DNA from: Antedon mediterranea
Taxonomy: Eukaryota > Animalia > Echinodermata
Direction of reading: 5' to 3'
Length of the DNA: 64,000 nt
Assembly (NCBI RefSeq): GCF_964355755.1
Contig: NC_092674.1
Location: 6,014,001 to 6,078,000, forward strand
Each line of letters begins with the position of its first letter. Positions within the stretch are counted from its first letter, which is position 1. Below are positions 28,201 through 39,053 of this stretch, in pieces. The notes beneath the pieces were generated by a model. The model did no database searches. It saw nothing but the letters and a program-made list of their open reading frames with translations, and was not told the DNA's origin. The translations under genes were made by a program, and so were the position numbers.

Positions 28201-31200
28201 TGTCCTATCTTTTCAACAAAAATTTGTGCATTTTAAGCCAATTTTAATTCCCATTAAGCCTTGTCTACGCGATCAAACTTTATTATTTGACAAAAAAAAA
28301 TGTGATGTGCCCATATATGGACATGGTGATGTCATATCACTACCATATTTAAGCATATCACCTACCATATTTGGGCACATCACACTTTTTTGTTAAACTA
28401 GTTTAATAGTGTAGACAGAGATATTTTATTTAGACTGTTTGGCTAATACCACCAAATTTCTAACAAGATGGTGCCTTTCCATTGAATCAAAATGGCTAGA
28501 TATACGTGGCTAGTATTATATTCCAAAGCTTCTCAATTTACTCAAAATCTGAACTTGCCTTAAACAATGTGTTATCGACGTGTTCTGCTCGACATCAACG
28601 GATAAGTCAAGAAAATCCTCATCCTTGCTGCTCACGCCCTCGCAGGTTAGACATCTCGTCTCATTCGTTAACGTTCCCTGAAATATTTCGTGGATCCACG
28701 TTGGGTCCGTCTTTGACGGGTGGTGGTTGATCAACATGCCGTTGGTTTGCGGACCGTTGGCTTTGTTTTTTCCTCCTTGTTTTTCTTGCTTCTCAGCTAA
28801 AAGGTTAAAGGGCAAGATATTATGAAAGGTTAAAGGGCAAAGATATTATGAAAGGTTAAAGGGCAAAAATATTATGAAAGGTTAAAGGGCAAAGATATAA
28901 TAAAAGGTTAAAGGGCAAAGATATAATAAAAGGTTAAAGGGCAAAAATATTATGAAAGGTTGTAGGGCAAAGATATTATGAAAGGTTAAAGGGCAAAGAT
29001 ATTATGAAAGGTGAAAGGGCAAAGATATTATGAAAGGTGAAAGGGCAAAGATATTATGAAAGGTTAAAAAGCAAAGATATTATGAAAGGTTAAAGGGCAA
29101 AGATATTATCTATATAAATGTTATTTTAATATCTTAATGATTATTACATTGAATACAAAATGTTCTGTTCATTCCCTCATTAGTACTTTGCAATAACAAA
29201 TTAGGTAATGACACACAACCTTAATATCAAGTTTCATACTACAGTACACAATACTATTGTACATAGGCCTACAGTAGTATTGTACAGTATATCAAGTTAC
29301 AAACTACAGTGTACTACTACTACACATAGTAATAATATTGTATGTAAATTATTTTGAAGTTAAAAAGTGGTGTAACGACTATAAGCTCTCACTGGCTAAA
29401 CCCAGGGCGGCCCCAGAGTTTATGGGACCCAAGAGGTTATGGGGCCCCAGAGGTTATGGGGCCCCTGAGGTTATGGGGCCCCTGAGGTTATTGGGCCGCT
29501 GAGGTTATGGGGCCGCTGAGGTTATGGAGCCCTGAGGTTATGGGGCCCCTGAGGTTATGGGGCCCCTGAGGTTATGGGGCACCAGAGGTTATGGGGCACC
29601 AGAGGTTATGGAGCCCCAGAGGTTATGGGGCCCCTGAGCAGTGCACAGAGATAAAAAACAGGCATTAAAATATGCCAAAAAAGTCTAAAAAAAGCCAGAG
29701 GCCTCCTCTTCAAAAACAACAACCTGCCTCAATGCACCCCTTTTGTATTCAAGACACATTACAATTCAAAAAGCACTATAAAATAACTACTGTACACTAT
29801 AATTTATGCGTTATCTCGACCTTCATCAACAAGGCCTGGGTTCGGTCCACATTTGCACTAGGTCAATGCAATTTAAATCACAAATTTCTCTCAAGCTGTG
29901 AACATAATTAACTAACTAAAATAATCAAATATTTTTACATTGATAATATTGCAATAGCTTCAACATTAACGGAATGTTTGGTAGCTAAGAATGAATTCCC
30001 TCGTTAACTCGCTCTAATGACATCACTAAATTACAATTAGGAAGATAGTATAACAAGATTTCACCGTCTATTGAAATCGAATACCGTACCTAAAGTCAAA
30101 TTGAGGCATTTACAGTAAATATTTAGTTTTCACTTTCACATGTGAAATACAATGCACGGTAAGCCTATTGTTATGCGACCTGTGTTATGAATGTTAATGA
30201 ATACAATAACAAAACCCACTGCTAGCGATTTGCAAACAAAACACTTCAGTTAATGTAATAATAATTAAATAACTTTAATAACAGTTAACATTCAAGAATT
30301 CAAGAGAATTCCAGAAGATGTTTATGTCAGTAAACTGGTGTAGAAATGGAATTATATAAATTACATTTAGTACCACTGTATTGAGTTTTTTTAGTTTTTT
30401 TTATTTAAAAAAATCCTCCTGATAGGTCCAAATTTTGCTTGCAATTTACCATATATGATTCAAGTATAATCCCATGCTTAAGTATACAGTAATCCCACCC
30501 CTAATTTAGGCTAAATATGGACATATGTCTACTGAAACTAGGGACTAATAGTTGTACCTCTACCTGTCTATCGCGGCATAATACATTTGAACATATTGGC
30601 ATGGAAGTAAATTGGAATCCTCAATAATAAGCTATACATAACTTGAAATATTAGCTATACATACAGTACCTAGTAATAATATATACCTTGTAATAAGCTA
30701 TACAGGGAGCTATACATACCTTGTAATAATACATACCTTGTAATAAGTCAGCTATCGTGTTTAACAGGTAGATTAAAAATTCATGTGCATCTTGCTGCAT
30801 ATAATTATCAAATAGTTCTGAAAATAATTTTTAAAAATCATATCAAACAAAAGTCACTGTATTATAGCACTATATAAGGAGGTAGTAACATCTGAATGAA
30901 AGGTATTTATAACAACTTGGGGCACTGGATTTATTATATAGTCATCATCATTCATCTTTTATTTCGGAAAAAAAAAATTCTCCATAGCTCAATAACAAAT
31001 TAGTGTACATTATTATAAATATAACAAAAATATATATATATAGGTATATACAAAAAAACCTACGCCACATATGAAGCAGAAAGTTCCAAGTTCGAATCTT
31101 GGTTGGGGAGGCTTTTTCTCACAGATTTCCTCATTTTATTCATTCAAATTAATTAATTACATTCAGTATATCACTGCGTGATTTAGAATTTATTCTGTGC

Positions 31201-34200
31201 CTGTTTATTTATATGTTATCAATTACATTTTTATTACTTGGCAAAATGCTTATAAAGCCTTTGCCAAGTAACTGTAAATTTCTTGCTTTGTGTGTCTGTT
31301 TGTTCAGGCGATAACAATCACAATTTTCAATTTGTTATCCTGAATTTCTTTTTGTTTTTATAATATAATAACAAATAATAACACAAATAATAAACAAATA
31401 ACTATAATATCAACAGACAATATTTTGATGGCATCACTAAAGCTTATTAAAATCTGTTATCTTTTGTCTTCAATTATTATTATTAACATTTTTTTTTTGG
31501 TCGAAATATTTACTGTAGTATTTACTTTCTGAATTTGGCATTTAATTGATTTTTCATATCACCACCTTTTATTTTTTATTTCTTTTATATTTTTCCAAGT
31601 ATGACATCCATTTGATTCAGTGAGGTTGTACATTTTCTTTCATCCTACTTGTGAAAACAAATTACCAAGTAGAAAGCAAGACTTATTCTATTGTTCAAAT
31701 GGTTTATCTATTCGTTAAAACCAATTATGACCATATGGACGCAACACATCCAATAATCAATAGTAATGAAATATTGACTCGATCAGTATCAAACGAATGA
31801 ATGAATAGAATTAACGCACAATTTAACAGGTACTGTAGCCAATATTTAATTGTTTGCGATACACAAGGATGTAATTGTGCCGAGTGGAGGCAAGGCCAAG
31901 GCTACAAGAAATGCTGAGATGAGCAAAAGTTTATATTTTCGAGGGCTTATGCTCTGTCTACACTATCAAACTAGTGTGATGTGCCTAAATATGGTAGTGA
32001 TATGCACAAATATGGTAGTAAAATGATCATCGTGTCCATATATGGGTACATCACACTTTTTTCGTTACATATAAGTGTAATAGTGTAGACAAAGCTTTAA
32101 AATATGGACTTTGACTGATTATCTTTTAATTGCTTACTGTATGTAAAAAAAGTATTTATGCAATATGTAATATAATTAACAATCTTCAGGTTTGAATACA
32201 TAAGCTCTGTCTACGCTATAAAACTAGTGTGATGTGCCCAAATATGGAAGTTTTATGCAAAAATATGGTAGTGATATGACAACATCATCATTAATAGTCT
32301 AGACAAGGCTTAACACACAGACATTACAAACAAAAAGTGGTATTGGAAAATACTGTATTGACATTTGCCTTTATGAGATGAATACATAAATATTCATTAC
32401 ACCTTTGTCAGTCAATGGTACATTCCATGAAACCTGCCCCCAAGTAGGAGCATCCAAACACAACATTCATCATTTCTTTTCTCAAGATAGAAAAACATAG
32501 GCCAATGTCCGTTTATCCAGGTAAGCTAGGCACCAAATAGACACCAATGTACTTAACACTTAGGGTACTTGAAATACCACCAATAGGTCTTTCATGATAC
32601 TAAGTATTTAGGGAAGCATGGACTTCCTCCATGGGAAGGAAAAGTAAACTCAGGTGTGAACAAAATTTCGAACGGATAAAAACCACATTCACTCCCGAAT
32701 CCCACATTCCCAATGAGACAATTTGAAAATGTTGTCTCGTAATCATTCTTACCGTTTTCTTTCCTTAATTTGGCAACAAATTTCTTTGGAGCGATTACCC
32801 CGACTTTCTTCTTACTGGTTGTTATACTGTTGTAAAGGTCAGACAAACAAGAAAGTAGTGTTTCCTTCTTTTTAGGCTGTGCTTTGTAACCAAGAACACG
32901 TTCTCTAAACGGCTTACAGAAGTACAATGCTTGTAACACAGAGTTACAGTAGCAGGTATTTCCAAACTGTTGACAAATAAAACATTTACAAGTTAGATAT
33001 TTAGTTAATTAAATTCCTTTTCTTTCATTTTCAACCCAATTGTACAAACTGGAAGTCCAGTGTACACATTTGGCTTGTATCCAGAACCAGAACTGTACAT
33101 TTTTCGTAAGAGTAGGTGGTTACTCCAATGTACTAATCCATTCTGCCCCTCCGTCGTTGTGGACAGACGAACGGGCGCCGTTTGGTGGCAGCACTCAACA
33201 TGAAGGGACCCTTAGGGGAGAGGAAAGTTGTAGTATGTGTCGTCCACACCTGTGCACAATTCAGCACAGTAGGCTGCAAGTCACAGGTTATTCCCCCATT
33301 TACACGTCTCATGGTTTCCAACAAATTAATTGCATTGTTAGTTATAATACTAATAATAAACGATGGGAGCTGGAATGGACCAGAATACTGATGTGACCTC
33401 GCTACTCTTACTAAAAGATGTACTGGGGACTGTACACTGGATTTCCATATTTAAGTCCGTATTCGAGAAGAATGTTTCCGTCAGACCTTACTATGGCCAA
33501 GGAGTGTTTGAACCAGTGCCATATAATGGTGGCTGTGGTTTGCGGTACCACTGAAGGAACCGATAAGCCAATTGAGTCGACTTACTGTGTGGGATTTATC
33601 TGCATATCTGTACGGAAATTACGACCGCATTCCAATTGAATGGGCTGCTTTCAACAAGACACAATATAAAATATTATATCAGCATCATTAATAAAATCAT
33701 TATTGGTTGTTATTATATTAATTAGATTTCTATGAAATATTTAATTTAATACTTACATTGACTAGACCGAAATAATGCTCATTGGGCGGAAATTGATCAG
33801 AGCCAATTTCCTTTTCCAAGGCCGATGCATTGGCGCCCTACAAAATTAAAATACGACATCTCAATTTAATATTTAAAATGCATTAATATTAACGTTAATT
33901 AGCATTTTACCATTCATAATTATCAAGAATATAATATTTGTATTAGTACAAGTACGGTAATGAAAAACCACTAATAATACCAATATTAATGTATTCATGT
34001 GACGTATTAGAATAAATAGCAATAATAATAAAATAATAATAATATAGCATTGTTCTGTTGTATTATTACTATTATTGAATTACATCAATATAATGTTGCA
34101 TGAATGCACAAATCATTAGAATAAATAGGCCTACATTTAGGCAAATACTGGTTGGTCGTTCTCCTAAATTATGTCACAGTATAACCCTACAGTATACCCT

Positions 34201-37200
34201 TCCGGACCCAACAAAGTGTCCCCTTAATAGGAATGCTTAGGGTTTGGTTGTAGCATTTACACCTATATTTCTTCTTGTTTCACAGAAAAGTATCCTAATA
34301 AGGAGAGATTCTACTGTATATAGTATGTACAAAAATATGAAAAATAAAATAAGTTGTTTTAAATAAAAACTGTGATGGAATTAATCTGATGCTTATATAC
34401 AAAATGTTCTACATTGTAATATACTGTAAGTCAAAAGAGTTGGAAGGCCATAGCAATAATCACATTATAAAACAATTATGAAACATGATAAATGGAACAA
34501 AACTTGTTACAGCTAAATAAAGATAAATGAAGACGACAAGATGTGAATTTGCATAGAATATTTCATAAGAGCAAGACGGTTTTAATGATATTTTATCCCC
34601 TGAAGTGAAACATTGATCATTTCTCATTTGATGGAACATGTGTGCAAAGCTGTGAATTAGAGAAAAAAATCAATATTCCTCCACTCGCAAACAAATTAAA
34701 AGGATTTAAGATGACATGGTTATCTGTACAAGGTTTATGTAACAGTATAACAGTTCTTTAAAAAAAATAAATTCAAGTACAAAAATATCCAAAGTGAAAT
34801 TTGTCCTTAACACTATCTTATTTCCTCTTATTCATAATATAAAAAAATGAGATGCCGTTACTAGTAAATAAAATATTTATATGCTAAATTTATAAAACAT
34901 TTACGCAATCAAAATCCAATATGGAATAGGTGCTGCTGTATCTGTAATGGTACAAATGCTATACAATTATTCTGCGGCCAAAACCAGAGCGCCCTACTAT
35001 TTTTATTTAGCCTTCGACAGTTGATTCAAGATGGAAGTGATGGATTAATTTAACTAAACTGAGTAGGTGTGTTATACACTAATACAGTAAAAAAAAGTCA
35101 TTCAATGTCCACACTATCATAAGTAGTTTGATAAAAAAATAGTAATGTGCCCAAATATAGTAGTGATATGACATAATCATGTCCATATATGGGCACATGA
35201 TCACATTTTTTTTGCCATATAAAGTTTGACACATTCTCCACATTGAACATTGTTTGACTCTGTACATTAATTGCACAAAAAATATACTGTAAATATGAAA
35301 TGTGACTTTGCAAATATACTATTGAATTCTACTAATAATAGACTTGTATCTATAAATACCTGTTACCTTTGTAACCTGTTAAATCTGACTGTACAGAGGT
35401 GCCAATGCTTAATATGATTATTACAATAGACATACAATACTGATTTTGACAATAAATATTGTTTATGTGTAAATGCAAAAGGTAATACAACTTGAATCAA
35501 GCGTGAAATCTCACTAGACGAAAGGTGAGAATTGGGTGTACATCAGATTCTATTCATGTCCAAATTTTGTTTTATTTATAGTGCCGTACATCCAACTTAC
35601 GGTAAATTGCCAATTACAGGATGAGATTTTAAGGGGATGATAACTAAATTCCTTTTAAGAGCACTTGCAGGTCGACGATGTAGTGGGAAATGTTATGGTA
35701 GTACTACAGTAAAGTCAGGATTTAAACCGTTAACCACCAACTTCTAAAGAATGCCTATAAACATTAGAAATGCTTCTGAAATAATGCTTAAACAGAACTA
35801 CTACAGTATGTACAAAATAATATAATTACTAATGTGGGTGGTTTGTTGAGTTTGTTTCTCTCAAGAAATTAAAGACAGACAGTGCTGCCGCCAGATTTTT
35901 AGGGCAATTTTATCACGGCTGCGCATGTATGCACTACAGGTAGTGCCGTTCCACTAAACCACAAGTCTTTTTAAAAGGGTTTGCATATAGGACAAACTTA
36001 GTTATTCTGACCGTTTTAACATGTTGAATTTTCTTACAAGTTATTAAAATCAACTCATGCATCCTACAGAATTTTTTTCCATCAAACAGAACATTACATT
36101 ATATACAGTTTTATCATACTACATCTACAAATATACAGAGTAGACCTGAATCAGATGCTGTTGCAACATGTATCTTTTATAATAACTGTCAAATACATAT
36201 TCTGTATGACATTATTGCATAGGCTGCAAAATATCATTTGGAATAGAACATCCGCTTCAATTTCCTTAATCAATTTTGAGTAGATGAGGAGAAGTGGGTT
36301 TAAGTTGATACTAAACAGTCATGATAATGTAGAGGATCCTCAAAGGGTTCACAACGCTATGGAATAGTCATTGTTGTAAGCCTTTGTACAGTATGTCATC
36401 CAGGTTTCTTTTAAATGTTTTACCCTTTACAAAAAGTGTTCCTCTCGATAAACAGGATAATTTGTTGTACAGTAAAACATGATATTTATAATAAGAATTT
36501 CCCAATGGATAATAAAGCTATTTTGAATTTAATTGATAGTCATTATAATAAAGTGATTTTTAAATTCAAAAGCTCTGTCTACACTATCAAACTAGTTTGA
36601 CAGTGTGATGTACTCATGAGTCATATATGGTGGTGATATGCCCAAATATAGTAGTGATATCATATCATCATGTCCATATATGGGCACATCACATTTTGTT
36701 GTCACATAAACTTTGAGAGTGTAGACAGAGCTTTACAAAATAGGCTATAAACATTGATGAATAACTAAGTTTGAAATAATGATTTAGCATTTTATTTGTC
36801 AAGAAATTGAAATTGTGAATAAATTAAGGCTTACAAAATGTACAGTACATTATCAAAATGTATTGGTAAAAAATACCTACAATAATGGGTGTTGTATTTT
36901 TAAATGCTGAATCATCAATGAGTAGTATACCATAAAGCTATGGGATTCATAGGAAGTGTCTCTGACAAGGTTAAGGATACGGCTTAAACAGTGTACAGTA
37001 TTATCAAATACTGTAGCGATCGGGACATTCCTTATGTTTATATTCAACTAGAGGATTGGCCTAGTAAATTAGCTTTTTACTGGCCCAAATAAATTAAATT
37101 TTACTGGCCAACAAAAAACATTCCCTGTTTTAAAGATTTTTGAGCGTCAAAATTAGATTTCTCATATTTTCTGTTACAATAAAATTGACAGGCCAAAGTG

Positions 37201-38124
37201 GTCCAGTTACTGTACTCATCAGAGATATTAAATATCTCTATGCTGTACTGTAGTGTAAGTAAGAGTATACAGGTTGTGGCCTACACATATGGCATTGGCT
37301 CAGTAGACTTGTACAGTACTTAAATAAAACGCTAAAAATAAAACTATTTAAAACTATGTGCAAACCTTATTACATTAGGATTTCTTTTTCTCTCAATATT
37401 TTAGCTAATTTTTCGTGGTGTGTTTTGCAGGTATTTATTGTTTTAAAAATATTTAATTAATTTATTTTTTACGAAACGTTTTTAACCAGCCATCAATTTA
37501 CATCTTCTATTTGTATACAATACTTTGCTGCTTGCATATATGATATAGTAATAGTACACCTATATATTTGAAAATCAAAAATTGAAATTATATTATAATA
37601 TTTAACTTGTTGGTGGTATGAATATAAATCTACAGTAACATGGCACAATGTTATGGATAGCTATCGCTTAACATTGAAACATAATCTCTAAGCATTGCAC
37701 CTTATCCTACATTGTGTAAATAAAAATATAATAATTATTATAGTTATCAACCATTTAATATGGCCTAGCCTAGGCCTAGTATAATTATAAGGAACATCAT
37801 TTTTTTAATAATTATAGTCCTAAAATAACTAAAAATAGGCCTACTCATCCAGACAAATTTTAAAAAAAAAATTTATTTTTACAATGTACATGAAATAAGC
37901 CATGCTATTCATTTTATTCTAATGATATGACAGCTAAACACGCAGACCCAGTCTAGCCCGAATGGTGCAGTGCAACAACACTGTCAGTTGTCAGAGACTA
38001 GAGAGTTACTGGCCAGAGAGAGTTTGTCAGTGTGGTACCCGCTAAGCGAAGGCGCTGATTACCAATGTTGACTTCCCAATGTTTTTACAGGTATCTGATC
38101 GCCTTAAAAATGTTAACTTACCAT
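22288..38124 (-). CDS. USP46: Ubiquitin carboxyl-terminal hydrolase USP12/USP46 ortholog, ~360 aa
   Basis: Exons 38122-38124 (ATG only, inferred), 33757-33837, 32753-32966, 30737-30817, 28559-28796, 27996-28079, 26553-26685, 26052-26116, 23453-23531, 22288-22392 (1083 nt). Cys box [26 protein letters not shown], His box [22 protein letters not shown]. Confidence 0.96.
24155..24835 (-). mobile_element. 5'-truncated non-LTR retrotransposon (CR1/L2-group RT C-terminus)
   Basis: Translation [19 protein letters not shown]...[12 protein letters not shown]; 3' (taaa)n tail. Confidence 0.85.
25005..25357 (+). mobile_element. MITE family A copy with ~9 copies of the 21-bp unit and an inserted unrelated fragment
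   Basis: Family TIRs; gatatggccaaatatggtagt repeats interrupted at ~25085-25160. Confidence 0.8.
27018..27127 (+). mobile_element. Helentron-associated (DINE/HINE-like) short element
   Basis: ttttagtcgcgtg...cgact hairpin, gtct/gtcg microsatellite, cacgcga sub-terminal inverted repeat, 3' stem gcc...ggccttgtt. Confidence 0.55.
27740..27916. mobile_element. Tc1/mariner(pogo)-like MITE
   Basis: CAGTCAACTCTCCCAATACCGGAA TIR; TA flanks. Confidence 0.8.
28799..29109 (+). repeat. 26-bp minisatellite aaaggttaaagggcaaagatattatg (~12 copies)
   Basis: Direct tandem repeat abutting the USP46 exon 5 acceptor. Confidence 0.9.
29402..29638 (+). repeat. 17-bp GC-rich minisatellite gaggttatggggcccct (~13 copies)
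   Basis: Tandem repeat starting at a cagggcggccc hAT-like terminus. Confidence 0.85.
33290..33590 (-). mobile_element. Old diverged Deu-type SINE
   Basis: Minus strand has B box ggttcaaac, then tcttctcgaatacggacttaaa and tccagtgtaca...cttttagtaagagtag. Confidence 0.5.
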
Positions 38125-38504
38125 TTTTATAGACTAGTGTTCATTGAAAAAATCAGTGCAGGTGCTTGGCAACAACTCATATGTTCTATTGGTGACTAAC
38201 TTTCAGTAATTACATATTTTCAGGTCTTCCTATACTCTGGAAACTGTCTGAAAAACAAGTTCGTACTTGGATATTTGTTGGTTGGGATTGTTGGGAGTAA
38301 TGTGAACTTTGACCTCTCATTTCTATAGTCTATATATTTTATAACGATATAATGTCTTGGTTTTGCATAAATATTGTGTGTTAAAGTAACCATTAAATAA
38401 TATTTTAAATGTGAATAAATTATATTCTATTTTATTATTTTCATTTTAACAGGTTTTAATTGAATTAATTATTTATTTTAAAAATAATTTATCACGTGCT
38501 GTGT

Positions 38505-38548
38505 CCGTTTCCTTCGGCCTTTTTTCCAGCACCACATTGCGAGCTTTT
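38505..38548 (+). promoter_or_regulatory. Pyrimidine-rich TCT/5'TOP-like start and short non-coding first exon of RPL21
   Basis: ccgtttccttcggcctttttt followed by a donor ttg|gtacgg; typical ribosomal protein gene architecture. Exact TSS inferred. Confidence 0.6.
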
Positions 38549-39053
38549 GGTACGGTTATTTTCTTGACATAATATGAATAATTACACATTAACTATCGTT
38601 TGTACACTTAATGTATTAAAGCCAAATGAAATTAAACTATTTCTTTGTTTAAGTTTGATAAAAATAGTTTATAACATATTTATATAATAGCCAAATTGAA
38701 AATATTGTGTCGTTACAACGGCGTTAGGCCGTCGGTCGGTTTAACTTTTAGCGACCGAGAAGCTTGTCACTGCACTCGCGGGTCTCGGCCACGGAGGGGA
38801 GGTTTCCAGGTCATGCTGTACTCTAGCTAAGCCGACCATACATGATGTTCAATCGTGTGTGATGTGCGCATGTGGTGTCAGGGGTAAATGTGTTCTTTTA
38901 TAGTGTTTTGAAGTTTAGATTTTGTTATTAAATATTAAAAAGTATATTTTCTAAAATATTTTATTTTAAACTTCCTCTGTTGTTTTTTCATTATCAGTTG
39001 TTATATTTTTATCTTCATAGATCAGTGAATCCACTGGCGCAAACTAAAGCAAG

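Noticed and set aside
30762-30785. USP46 HEFLIYLL instead of HEFLNYLL
   Set aside because: A single non-catalytic substitution; significance cannot be judged without an alignment.
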